Shown here one piece after another: positions 34,101-42,616 of a stretch of DNA of 46,932 bases. The DNA is from a virus: the UHGV virus genome UHGV-0283311; one strand, 5' to 3'. The notes under the pieces were generated by a model that was not told the origin of the DNA, did not search any database, and saw only the letters and a list, made by a program, of their open reading frames with translations. A program made the position numbers and the translations under genes. Numbering within the stretch: position 1 is the first letter of the stretch; each line of letters starts with the position of its first letter.

Positions 34101-34177
34101 TGGAGGCGGGTGCAGGAGTCGAACCTGCCGATACCATGCTAATGAGACATGTGAGACGCCCTTTCTCTATACCCGCA
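34101..34177 (-). tRNA. tRNA(CAT): Met, fMet or Ile2
   Basis: loop CTCATTA, D-stem gaga/tctc, 1-72 mismatch; isotype unresolved. Confidence 0.6.
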
Positions 34178-34267
34178 ATTCTTAATGACCAGACCAAATA
34201 TCTTCTTTGTCCGATTAACTTTCAGATGAGTAGATTAAGTTTGCTGTAATTGGTCTTCTGTCAAAAC

Positions 34268-34345
34268 TGGCGTTCCAGAAGGGATTTGAACCCTCAGATA
34301 TCCACTTTGAAAGAGTGGTGACTTTACCGTTTTGTCTACTGGAAC
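34268..34345 (-). tRNA. tRNA-Glu(TTC)
   Basis: perfect acceptor gttccag/ctggaac, perfect anticodon stem ccact/agtgg, loop CTTTCAA. Confidence 0.8.
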
Positions 34346-34352
34346 ATTAATT

Positions 34353-34429
34353 TGGTCTCTGTTGGAGGACTTGAACCTCCGGCCTTACCGCCCCAAACGG
34401 AACGCTCTACCAAGCTGAGCTAAACAGAG
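34353..34429 (-). tRNA. tRNA-Pro(TGG)
   Basis: perfect acceptor and T-stem, D-arm gctc-agcttggta-gagc, loop TTTGGGG. Confidence 0.75.
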
Positions 34430-34547
34430 ATAAACTTTTCAAACTCTATGTAACCACTTTAACATTATTTTTTAGTGATTGTCAAGAACTTTTTTAAAAT
34501 ATTTTTCAGTATCTTAGAAAAGCTCTCATTTCGTTTCTATGTAGAAC

Positions 34548-34576
34548 ATATTAAAGGGTATTAAACACATTGTCAA
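34548..34576 (-). promoter_or_regulatory. sigma70-like promoter reading into tRNA array
   Basis: minus-strand TTGACA (plus 34571-34576), 17-nt spacer, TAATAT (plus 34548-34553). Confidence 0.5.
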
Positions 34577-34594
34577 TACCCTTTTTAAAACTTT

Positions 34595-36010
34595 TTACCA
34601 GATATAACGGTCAATCATTACTGCTTTGAGCATTACACTGATTGGGTCAAACTTCTCACCACCAAGCAGAGCTTTTAAAGTGGCTGGAGAGAACCCTGAT
34701 ACCATTGCTACACCGTTATCCTTAACAGATACTTCGCAAGTACCATTACGGTTTGCTAAGTACCAGAATACCAGTTGTGGCATCTCATATCCAGCTTTTT
34801 TGTACTTACTCTGAATTGCTTCAAAGTTTGTACGTCCGTTAGCTCCATCAACCTGATTGAACTCCATATCGGAGAAGATGATAAGCTTACTTGGCATATC
34901 TTTCTGAGTCAAGTTGTTTCTTTTACCTGTTTCAAGAATGCGGTCAAAAGCTGCTTGTAAGTTAGTTGAGCCATATTCAACGTGTCGCATCACCTGACGA
35001 TGACGGTTTCGTAAATCACCACTCAGTTCGATGAAGTGAGGGTTTGTTGAATAAACCATCAACTCATTCTTAAAGCAACCTGTATTGCGTTCTGCTACAT
35101 ACAAGGCAAGTGATACACCAATATCCAGAGCAGTAATGGAGCCAAAATTCACCCAAGACATTGAACTTGATACATCAGACATACACAAGATGTTTTCACC
35201 TTCTGCCATCCAGTTTGGTAGTGCTTTCCACTGCTCATTAGCAACATCTGCATTACCATACTTGACAGATTTAATCACATCGTATGGGTAAACAGCACCA
35301 GCGTTAATCTTAGTCTCACCTTTTGATAAGGACTCGATGTAAGCTTTGTAACGCTCTCCATCTTTACGGTTAAACAGTTTTTGGTAACGTGCAGCAGCAA
35401 GTGAAGGAATCTTACTGTAGTCAATCTTACCAAACTCATTAGCAGAGATTTTTTGCTCAACTGTATCAGATAGTGCAGACAACAGTGTGCGGTACTCTTT
35501 CTCACTCAAGTTGGCAAACTTGCAGAAACGTTTTACAAACTGCTTATGACGTGGTTTGACTCGTGGTAACCACTTAGCCGCCAAACCTGCTGTTGCAGGG
35601 TCTAGTAATGCTGCTTCTAAATGTTTGAAGGCATCTGTCTCGAAACGAGTACCTACGAAGATTTTGAAGTCATCAAAACGACCAAGTTCTGCAATCTTAT
35701 CCATAATGCGAAGAACCTGCGTAGACTCTAAAACTTTGTCTTCAATTGCTTGAAGCAAAACAGTTCTGAAGGCTTTACGCTCACCCATACCTTCTCGTAC
35801 ATCTCGCATATGCAGTAAAATACGAACTGCAACATCAACATCCTCATGCAAAGCTTTGTAGAACAGGTCTGGTAAGATTTCTACATTGCTACGGCTTGAA
35901 CCAGCAGCTTTGTAAAAGTCTACAAGAGCAGACATTGATGAAGTATGGTTTGCAGCACCATTTTCAGTTCGACCTGCATGAAGGTGCGCATGTTTAAATA
36001 ATTCGCTCAT
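34595..36010 (-). CDS. vWA-domain protein with helical N-terminal region (possible Ro60/TROVE-like)
   Basis: 471 aa; MIDAS-like DVSSS followed by GST and IIFSDMEF in the C-terminal half; N-terminal ~260 aa helical; lies next to tRNA array. Confidence 0.45.
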   Translation of the reverse strand: MSELFKHAHLHAGRTENGAANHTSSMSALVDFYKAAGSSRSNVEILPDLFYKALHEDVDVAVRILLHMRDVREGMGERKAFRTVLLQAIEDKVLESTQVLRIMDKIAELGRFDDFKIFVGTRFETDAFKHLEAALLDPATAGLAAKWLPRVKPRHKQFVKRFCKFANLSEKEYRTLLSALSDTVEQKISANEFGKIDYSKIPSLAAARYQKLFNRKDGERYKAYIESLSKGETKINAGAVYPYDVIKSVKYGNADVANEQWKALPNWMAEGENILCMSDVSSSMSWVNFGSITALDIGVSLALYVAERNTGCFKNELMVYSTNPHFIELSGDLRNRHRQVMRHVEYGSTNLQAAFDRILETGKRNNLTQKDMPSKLIIFSDMEFNQVDGANGRTNFEAIQSKYKKAGYEMPQLVFWYLANRNGTCEVSVKDNGVAMVSGFSPATLKALLGGEKFDPISVMLKAVMIDRYIW

Positions 36011-36091
36011 ATTTTACTCTCTTCTCTCATTTGTTTGTTGATGTGACAGACTTTAGAGCAACTTTGTAGAGTCTGTCAACACCTTTTAAAA

Positions 36092-36463
36092 TTATTTTTT
36101 GAGGGTTGCAACAGCAGAGAACGTTGGTTTGTTATCTGTCTGTTGTTGACCACCATTATCAGGAGTCTTCTTAGTGTCTGCTGCAAGTGCTTTCATCTCA
36201 CCTGCTGAGTGAGTAAAGATAGTTTTACCTACCTCAATCATGCTCTTGATGGTTACGTCGTCTGTGTTTAACCCGAACTCTGCAAGCTTAGCAGCGTCCC
36301 TTGTAACAATCGCCTCAAACAACTTTGCAGCAAACTCAGCAGAATTATCAATGGTCAGTTGAGCTTTTACAAGTGAGCTTTTGTTACGAGAGCCTTTTGG
36401 TCTTCCAGATGGGTTTCCAGACTGGCCTTTTTTAAACTGGCCTTTGTTTGTTCTGTTTTTCAT
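36092..36463 (-). CDS. small basic protein (possible small terminase-like)
   Basis: N-terminal KGQFKKGQSGNPSGRPKGS basic motif, 123 aa; RBS aagagg. Confidence 0.4.
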   Translation of the reverse strand: MKNRTNKGQFKKGQSGNPSGRPKGSRNKSSLVKAQLTIDNSAEFAAKLFEAIVTRDAAKLAEFGLNTDDVTIKSMIEVGKTIFTHSAGEMKALAADTKKTPDNGGQQQTDNKPTFSAVATLKK

Positions 36464-36511
36464 TGGTATGCCTCTTATAAGACCTCTTAAAAGGCTTTTA
36501 AGATAAAAGAT

Positions 36512-36531
36512 AGATATCCAGAAAGATATCT
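36512..36531. promoter_or_regulatory. palindromic operator-like site in divergent intergenic region
   Basis: agatatc-cagaaa-gatatct, 7-bp perfect inverted repeat. Confidence 0.3.
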
Positions 36532-36712
36532 GTTTAAATAGCCTTTTTAGAGGAACCTTTTAAGTTATCTTCTAAGTATTTATAAGCCTACACCTTGTCA
36601 AGTACTTTGTCAACAACTTTTTTAACTTGCAATAGTTCTTGACTTGTTGTATGGATTACTGTACCATCTTACTTAAAGCTGTAGGTCTGCCTTGTTCTAC
36701 AAAGGAGACTTA

Positions 36713-36874
36713 ATGAGAAAATCAAACAACCCGAAGAAAGGTAAAAATACCAATCACTGTAAGGAATCAAAAAGGGTAGAGTTACTCTACTATTCATCCT
36801 CTGAAATTGGTCTGTACCTGTTCTTTCAAAATTACAGAAGACAAGAGGATTATCTATGTGTAGTTCCCAATTAG
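36713..36874 (+). CDS. hypothetical small basic protein
   Basis: track start 36692 is TTG; ATG at 36713 has RBS aaggag 6 nt upstream. Confidence 0.35.
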   Translation: MRKSNNPKKGKNTNHCKESKRVELLYYSSSEIGLYLFFQNYRRQEDYLCVVPN

Positions 36875-37089
36875 AAATCGCAGATATTATAGATTTATAT
36901 AAAACTGCAAAGAGTCATGGCTATATAACCTCAATTGGAAAGAATAGTCACTACGATGCTTTGACTGGAATGTATTTCAGGGCAATGGCTCAATCTAGTG
37001 AACAACACTTAATGGTTTCTTCCAGTGAGTTTACTTCGTTTCTCTATTGCAGCAAAATCATAAATCGCAGGAGAACTGAAAAATGTTAA
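36856..37089 (+). CDS. hypothetical protein
   Basis: 77-aa ORF with RBS agagga. Confidence 0.45.
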   Translation: MCSSQLEIADIIDLYKTAKSHGYITSIGKNSHYDALTGMYFRAMAQSSEQHLMVSSSEFTSFLYCSKIINRRRTEKC

Positions 37090-37673
37090 CAGTAAGTTTT
37101 AATTATAATAGTGATGGCTCTGTATCAATTAATTCACCATATGCAAACGACCTACTTAAAGAGTTAGTTAATCAGTGTGACAGAGGTCTTCACTATGTCC
37201 CAAATTCTTTCAAGCAGAAGACTATTGCTAATAACTTGATGCGTGTGACGGTTACAACATCAAATCCAAACTATGACATTGATAGTGAGAGTCCTTACTC
37301 TTTAGTGGCTCTTGGAGAATGCAGTCAATTCAAACTTGTATGCCACGACTCAGAAACATTTCTTAAGGTATTTTCAAACCTTATTCATAATAATAAGTAT
37401 GGGTATGTTGATGGGAGTGTTAACTTCTATCCAGCGAACTATACCTGTCTGTTGATTGATAATATGAGAAGTAGCAAACAAGAGCCTACAGAGATTTCAT
37501 TTGATGTGAACTCTAGTCCAGACGCAGAAACAAGTAATAACTTTGATATGAGTTACGCACTATCACTTAGTAAGAAATCCGAGTTCATTGATTATGTCAA
37601 TGGATTTGGTTTTAAGTTTGACGAGAGCATGAATCTCAAAAAACTTAAGAACCTACTTAAGACCAAAGCTTAA
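37083..37673 (+). CDS. hypothetical protein
   Basis: 196-aa ORF with RBS aggaga; terminator follows. Confidence 0.55.
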   Translation: MLTVSFNYNSDGSVSINSPYANDLLKELVNQCDRGLHYVPNSFKQKTIANNLMRVTVTTSNPNYDIDSESPYSLVALGECSQFKLVCHDSETFLKVFSNLIHNNKYGYVDGSVNFYPANYTCLLIDNMRSSKQEPTEISFDVNSSPDAETSNNFDMSYALSLSKKSEFIDYVNGFGFKFDESMNLKKLKNLLKTKA

Positions 37674-37681
37674 GTATAAAC

Positions 37682-37705
37682 AGGGGCTAATGCCCCTTTA
37701 TCTAT
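37682..37705 (+). terminator. Rho-independent terminator
   Basis: aggggc-taat-gcccct hairpin followed by ttatctattt. Confidence 0.55.
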
Positions 37706-37720
37706 TTATAAGGATATTTA

Positions 37721-38077
37721 ATGAAGGCTAAGAGTGCAAAAGACTTTTATTGCTTCCTACAATCCTATATTAATTCCGTGGAGAAAGGTGAGAGATATAA
37801 TCTTAACGATGTTATTGCATCACCTTTAACATGGAGACTTAGCAAATGGCCTGAAGAAGATATTACACCAACTGCCGAACAACCTACCTATAAACCAGAA
37901 ATTAAACTCCCAGATTCAGATAAGTTACTATACCCAATGTTCCACATTGTTGGGCTTGGTACGTTTCTTATGGATATCCAGTATGTAATTGGTAAGGGCT
38001 ATAAAGTTGAAGGTATTGTTGTTAGTGATGTGTCTCCACAACATAAAGGCTATTTTAGATTAAACGCACGTTTATAG
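37721..38077 (+). CDS. hypothetical protein, paralogous to N-terminal domain of next gene
   Basis: shares KDFYxF, KGERYN/KAGKRYD, WPEEDI/WPEADI, YKPE/YKPD, MDIQYVI/MDLQYAI with 38089..38973. Confidence 0.55.
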   Translation: MKAKSAKDFYCFLQSYINSVEKGERYNLNDVIASPLTWRLSKWPEEDITPTAEQPTYKPEIKLPDSDKLLYPMFHIVGLGTFLMDIQYVIGKGYKVEGIVVSDVSPQHKGYFRLNARL

Positions 38078-38088
38078 GCTAAAAAGAA

Positions 38089-38973
38089 ATGATTAAAGCA
38101 AAGACTTACCCAGACTTCAAAGAATTTGTAAAAGGTTTCGTTGCAAATGTAAAGGCTGGTAAGAGATATGATTTTAGAACATATCAAGAAGCTATTTTAC
38201 CGCTAACCTATAGCTCATATTGGCCTGAAGCTGATATTGCAGAGGTTGCGAAGTTTGACTACAAACCAGACTACAAAGTTCCTTTTAGTGATGAACTCCT
38301 TTACAGTGTTGGTGCACAGATGAGGACTGCTGATTTCTTCATGGATTTACAGTATGCAATCATCAATGGTAAAGACATTGACACAGTGTATTGTGAATGG
38401 TTGGCAAGAGTTAAGCCGTTCTCAATGTTGAATGCTAAGTTGAAGGATGCTATTAAGCCACCAGCAATTACTCAGCAACCAACAGGTCAAACAGTCAATG
38501 AGGGTGGCACACTTACTCTAAGCATTCTAGCAACTAACGCCACTGGATATCAGTGGAAGAAGGATGGTGAGGATATCCCTAGTGCCAATTCTGCAACTTA
38601 CACAAAACAGTCAGTAGCACCTTCTGACGCTGGTTCATACACTTGTGTTGTATCTGGAGAGGGTGGAACAAGTGTTACCTCAGATTCAGCAACAGTGACT
38701 GTGAACGCACTTCCGGTAATCACTCAGCAACCAACCAATCAAGAAATCACTGAAGGTGATACCTTAACGCTGAATGTTGTGGCAACAGGTGCAACAGGTT
38801 ACCAGTGGAAGAAAGGTGAGGAAGACATCCTCGATGCAACTGCTGCAACTTACACCAAAGAAGGTGCAACCACTGCTGATGCAGGAAGCTACACTTGTGT
38901 AGTTACTGGTGCAGGTGGCTCTGTAACATCTAATGCAGCAACAGTTACAGTTAACCCAGCAGGGGAGGCATAA
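38089..38973 (+). CDS. protein with two tandem Ig-like domains
   Basis: two ~90-aa repeats each with TGYQWKK and AGSYTCVV motifs typical of Ig-like folds. Confidence 0.55.
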   Translation: MIKAKTYPDFKEFVKGFVANVKAGKRYDFRTYQEAILPLTYSSYWPEADIAEVAKFDYKPDYKVPFSDELLYSVGAQMRTADFFMDLQYAIINGKDIDTVYCEWLARVKPFSMLNAKLKDAIKPPAITQQPTGQTVNEGGTLTLSILATNATGYQWKKDGEDIPSANSATYTKQSVAPSDAGSYTCVVSGEGGTSVTSDSATVTVNALPVITQQPTNQEITEGDTLTLNVVATGATGYQWKKGEEDILDATAATYTKEGATTADAGSYTCVVTGAGGSVTSNAATVTVNPAGEA

Positions 38974-39437
38974 TGCAACTCTCAAGAAAAGGTTTAGAAG
39001 CTATTAAGTTCTTTGAAGGTCTTAAGTTAGAGGCTTACGAAGACTCTGCCGGAATCCCAACAATTGGGTATGGGACAATTCGTATTGGTGGGAAGCCTGT
39101 TAAGATGGGTATGAAGATTACCGCTGAACAAGCTGAACAGTATCTTCTCGCAGATGTTGAAAAGTTCGTTGCAGCAGTGAACAAAGCCATCAAGGTTCCA
39201 ACTTCCCAGAACGAGTTCGATGCACTTGTAAGTGAAACATACAACATCGGTATCACAGCTATGCAGGATTCTACATTTATCAAGCGCCACAATGCTGGTA
39301 ATAAGGTAGGTTGTGCAGAAGCTATGCAGTGGTGGAACAAGGTTACAGTCAAAGGTAAGAAGGTCACTTCAAACGGCCTGAAAAACAGACGTAGAATGGA
39401 AGCTGATATTTATCTTGACAGTGTATATCCAAAGTAA
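38973..39437 (+). CDS. endolysin, T4-type lysozyme (GH24)
   Basis: FEGLKLEAYEDSAGIPTIGYG contains the Glu, Asp and Thr catalytic spacing of phage lysozymes; RBS aggggagg. Confidence 0.85.
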   Translation: MQLSRKGLEAIKFFEGLKLEAYEDSAGIPTIGYGTIRIGGKPVKMGMKITAEQAEQYLLADVEKFVAAVNKAIKVPTSQNEFDALVSETYNIGITAMQDSTFIKRHNAGNKVGCAEAMQWWNKVTVKGKKVTSNGLKNRRRMEADIYLDSVYPK

Positions 39438-39446
39438 TATCTTCAT

Positions 39447-39472
39447 AGGCTCCTTCGGGAGCCTTTTTTATT
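39447..39472 (+). terminator. Rho-independent terminator
   Basis: aggctcc-ttcg-ggagcct followed by ttttttatttt. Confidence 0.75.
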
Positions 39473-39488
39473 TTCTAAGGAGAAAACT

Positions 39489-39887
39489 ATGAAGCTTTGG
39501 GCTAGTGACTTTGGGACTTTTAAGTACACTCGTAATGGTTCGCTTGTACGCATCATTGGAAGTAACGTTGTTACAGTTGGAGATAGGGTGCATACAAGGT
39601 TTACTGTTGAGTTGGTTGAGCTATCACCTATTGAGTCTGCTAACAATGGTTTATTCAAGTTTGAAACTTACCATGTAAATGAACATGGGCAGTTTAATAC
39701 TCTAGGTGAAAGTGGTCTCGATATTATTTCAGAGAACCCATTGACAAGAGAGCAACTTGCAGGTTACTATAAAACCATTCTTGAAAGAACTTTGGCGACA
39801 CATGAACATGAAGCCAGATATCACATTGAACGGTGTGAAGTTCTAAAAGCGAAAATCGAACAAGCAGAGAGAGGTTTTTATGAATAA
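39489..39887 (+). CDS. hypothetical protein
   Basis: 132-aa ORF with RBS aaggag. Confidence 0.55.
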   Translation: MKLWASDFGTFKYTRNGSLVRIIGSNVVTVGDRVHTRFTVELVELSPIESANNGLFKFETYHVNEHGQFNTLGESGLDIISENPLTREQLAGYYKTILERTLATHEHEARYHIERCEVLKAKIEQAERGFYE

Positions 39888-40275
39888 TAACAGTCATATT
39901 CACGTTAAAGTTGATGTCAGCCGTTACAGCGAAAATGAGGAACTAGACCTGCAAGATGCTCTTCTCTTTGAGAAGAATGGCAATCTCCATTTGCATTTTG
40001 AAGGTACAAACACATATCTCCACAGATGTCGAGATGATGCAGATGGTTGCCCTGTTTTTGCTTGGTATAATTTAGAGTTCCCTCTTTACGCAATCCACTA
40101 CCCAGATGGTGGAGAAGACTGGACAACTCAATCAATCTTTGATGAGCTTAACGGTATTCCGGTTGAGCAAGAAGAAGAAGAACCTGTTGAACTCACCTTC
40201 ACTTTTATCAAAGAAGAGAAAGTAGGTGACTTATCAGTAACTGAAGCAATTCAAGTCTCACAGGTTATTCGTTAA
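39880..40275 (+). CDS. hypothetical protein
   Basis: 131-aa ORF with RBS gagagagg, overlaps upstream stop. Confidence 0.55.
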   Translation: MNNNSHIHVKVDVSRYSENEELDLQDALLFEKNGNLHLHFEGTNTYLHRCRDDADGCPVFAWYNLEFPLYAIHYPDGGEDWTTQSIFDELNGIPVEQEEEEPVELTFTFIKEEKVGDLSVTEAIQVSQVIR

Positions 40276-40568
40276 TGAGTAAAGTGCAGGTTATTTTCCC
40301 TATTTGTGACTTCTCACTAGAGCGTGAACTTGACCTGTACGAAGAAATTACTGACGAAATCATCTGGTCTGTTGTAGAAGAGGCTATCAAGAAACTGTAT
40401 GGTGGCCTCTTAAACCCATCAAGTAAAAAGCTTAATACCAAACAAGTAGCTGATACGTACACGTCATATGATGCCTACAACAAACCTTTTGAGAACACCT
40501 GCTTTGACCTTATGGTAGGTAATAACAAAGTCAACTATTTCTTCGTCAGAGAGTTTAACGATGAGTAA
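40275..40568 (+). CDS. hypothetical protein
   Basis: 97-aa ORF, start overlaps upstream stop. Confidence 0.5.
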   Translation: MSKVQVIFPICDFSLERELDLYEEITDEIIWSVVEEAIKKLYGGLLNPSSKKLNTKQVADTYTSYDAYNKPFENTCFDLMVGNNKVNYFFVREFNDE

Positions 40569-40905
40569 GCTCCATGTCACAGTGTACAAAAACTTCTCAG
40601 ATATCAAAGAGTCTTTAACCAATAAGCTTGATATGCAACGGAAAAGACTCTTTTTAATGTACGACATCGACAACTATAACCATCCTAAAGAGTTTAACTA
40701 CAAAGATGGTACAAAGGTTGTTGAATTTGAAGATTCTGTAACGGTGTATGTCAAGCATGACTTACCAGCAAAGTATATAGGGATGTTAGAGTACTATATA
40801 TTCAAACATACAGGTATGCGTGGTGAATCTGTCAAGATATCTTCTATAGAAGTTTTTGAGAAACCTAACACACAACTTAAAAAGTATTTAATGAGGAAAC
40901 TGTAA
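40561..40905 (+). CDS. hypothetical protein
   Basis: 114-aa ORF, overlapping start/stop. Confidence 0.5.
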   Translation: MSKLHVTVYKNFSDIKESLTNKLDMQRKRLFLMYDIDNYNHPKEFNYKDGTKVVEFEDSVTVYVKHDLPAKYIGMLEYYIFKHTGMRGESVKISSIEVFEKPNTQLKKYLMRKL

Positions 40906-41495
40906 TGTCCGAAGAGCAACAGAGTATCACTCCACAAGTGACATTAGTACAACATTTTGGAAACATTGAAGGGTGTATTGCACTTTTTCAACCAAATATC
41001 AATTCTCCTGCAAAAGTCTGCAAGTTGACTATGAATGTTAACAACATCAGCGTTTGTCTTGTTGAGGAAGTCCAGTACTTCAAATTCAATGACAGAGAAG
41101 TTGATGCTGCACTATTGAAGTATCGAGCAAGCCTCGAAAAAGACATTGACCATAAAGAGCTTGTCACACTGTTTGGTGACCTACACAAGCTTCTTGAAAA
41201 GGTTATTAAGCGTACATACTACATGAACAATGGTTCAATCATCACAACTTTGATTTCTCCATGTATCTCAGAGCCAATTCTGACTGATGAAGGTGGATAC
41301 TACGTAGTGGCATCAGCAGATTCTGATTGGTGGATGAAAAATACAGCACTTAAGACGGTTATTGAGGCTATTCGTGAGCATATCCCTTCATTCAGCCCGT
41401 GGAAAGGTAAAGGTGATGACTTTATCGCACTATTGAGTGAAGAAAGTAGCAAACGCAGTGCATTAATGCCTAAGAAGTACTCTTGCCGAGTATAA
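40905..41495 (+). CDS. hypothetical protein
   Basis: 196-aa ORF, start overlaps upstream stop. Confidence 0.55.
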   Translation: MSEEQQSITPQVTLVQHFGNIEGCIALFQPNINSPAKVCKLTMNVNNISVCLVEEVQYFKFNDREVDAALLKYRASLEKDIDHKELVTLFGDLHKLLEKVIKRTYYMNNGSIITTLISPCISEPILTDEGGYYVVASADSDWWMKNTALKTVIEAIREHIPSFSPWKGKGDDFIALLSEESSKRSALMPKKYSCRV

Positions 41496-41510
41496 AATAT
41501 TGACTATAAT
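41483..41510 (+). promoter_or_regulatory. sigma70-like promoter candidate
   Basis: perfect TATAAT at 41505-41510 with TTGCCG 16 nt upstream. Confidence 0.4.
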
Positions 41511-41567
41511 GGGAGCTATCGAGAGGTAGTTCCCTTTTTAGCTTCTTAAGAAGATGCGTGGTGAAAA

Positions 41568-41786
41568 ATGAAAAAACTAACTACAGTTGAAGATTACTAC
41601 AAACTGTCCCTATTAGAACAATATCGTAGGAGTCAGAATATCAGAAAATGCTATGGTAAACACGCTGAAGGTGACTTTTACCGTTGCTACGATGCAGATT
41701 TAAAAGGTGTAACACCTAGAGGGAAAGTCCTGCAAAGACTTGTTGACCTTGAGTGGAATAAACGATTGAGAGGGATTGGAAAATGA
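41568..41786 (+). CDS. hypothetical protein
   Basis: 72-aa ORF. Confidence 0.5.
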   Translation: MKKLTTVEDYYKLSLLEQYRRSQNIRKCYGKHAEGDFYRCYDADLKGVTPRGKVLQRLVDLEWNKRLRGIGK

Positions 41787-42286
41787 TTTATGAAGAAAGA
41801 TACAAAATAGACTATCAAGATACTCGTCATCACACCTCTTTGAGAGTAACCAAACCAAATGGGGATACCGGTATCATAGCACATTTTGGTGGTGATTATT
41901 GGTATGGTACAGGTTGCTTTGAAGGCTACAGTCAAGAATACTTGAAAGCCTTCTACAGAGACTTTACAAACGACTACAACAGGGTTGTTGAAGAGAAGAA
42001 TAAGTGCATTAAGCATGAATACCATACCAGAGGTTGTCTGAATATTGTTATGATACTAGTGTTCTTCTTAGCAACATTACTAGCTGTATCAGCAATCAGC
42101 TACATAGTTCAAGACTTGACAATTACACAGATTACTGCAAAGCTACATGACATCTGGTACTTGTATACTGTTCCTTTAGCTGGTATCATCATCTCACTAA
42201 TGAGGTTCAGAGTTCATAAGAAACGACTTAAGGATTCTGAGGTTAAACTTGAAGAGGTAAGTAAAGAATGCAACCTACAATTATAG
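41783..42286 (+). CDS. hypothetical membrane protein
   Basis: 167 aa with two C-terminal hydrophobic segments (IVMILVFFLATLLAVSAISYIV, LYTVPLAGIIISL). Confidence 0.55.
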   Translation: MIYEERYKIDYQDTRHHTSLRVTKPNGDTGIIAHFGGDYWYGTGCFEGYSQEYLKAFYRDFTNDYNRVVEEKNKCIKHEYHTRGCLNIVMILVFFLATLLAVSAISYIVQDLTITQITAKLHDIWYLYTVPLAGIIISLMRFRVHKKRLKDSEVKLEEVSKECNLQL

Positions 42287-42363
42287 CTGTATGTGTTCGT
42301 TTTGCAATCGCTGAAATGATTAACAAGGCAATCTTAAAAGATGCCTATGGAGAGACTAAGTAA
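42268..42363 (+). CDS. possible 31-aa micro-ORF
   Basis: ATG 42268 to stop 42361-42363 overlapping the next start; below the ORF-track size cut-off. Confidence 0.25.
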   Translation: MQPTIIAVCVRFAIAEMINKAILKDAYGETK

Positions 42364-42563
42364 TGATTAAGACACCTGTACCAATTTTTGGATTTCCTTC
42401 TATAGAAGAGTTCAAAGTTTATCTTGACAAAAACTTCTACAACGAGCAGCCTGTTACTTTGCTGAAGAGCGACTTATCAGAACTTCTTGATATGGTTATC
42501 AAGGCAACTTCTGAGAAGGAGCCTGAACAGAAAGCTGAGAAGAAGACTGAAAAGCCTGAGTAA
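42363..42563 (+). CDS. hypothetical protein
   Basis: 66-aa ORF with acidic and lysine-rich C-terminus. Confidence 0.45.
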   Translation: MIKTPVPIFGFPSIEEFKVYLDKNFYNEQPVTLLKSDLSELLDMVIKATSEKEPEQKAEKKTEKPE

Positions 42564-42616
42564 TAACTTAGGGGTTACTTGATAGCCCCTTTATAGAAAC
42601 TTAGAAGGTAGCGAAT

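Noticed and set aside
29159-34185. Short ORFs inside the tRNA array (29159..29386, 29354..29629, 31704..31913, 32275..32472, 33389..33646, 33946..34185)
   Set aside because: They overlap tRNA genes or the array terminator and have no RBS; regarded as chance ORFs.
29275-34429. Plus-strand orientation for the tRNA genes
   Set aside because: On the plus strand the T-loops read ATTCGAA/ATTTGAA and genes begin with TGG; only the reverse complement gives canonical TTCGAAT/TTCAAAT T-loops and 3' CCA.
34551-34580. Hairpin aagggta ... taccctt as terminator of the vWA gene
   Set aside because: On the minus strand it is not followed by a U-run, and the same bases form a near-consensus TTGACA-17-TAATAT promoter; the promoter reading is favoured.
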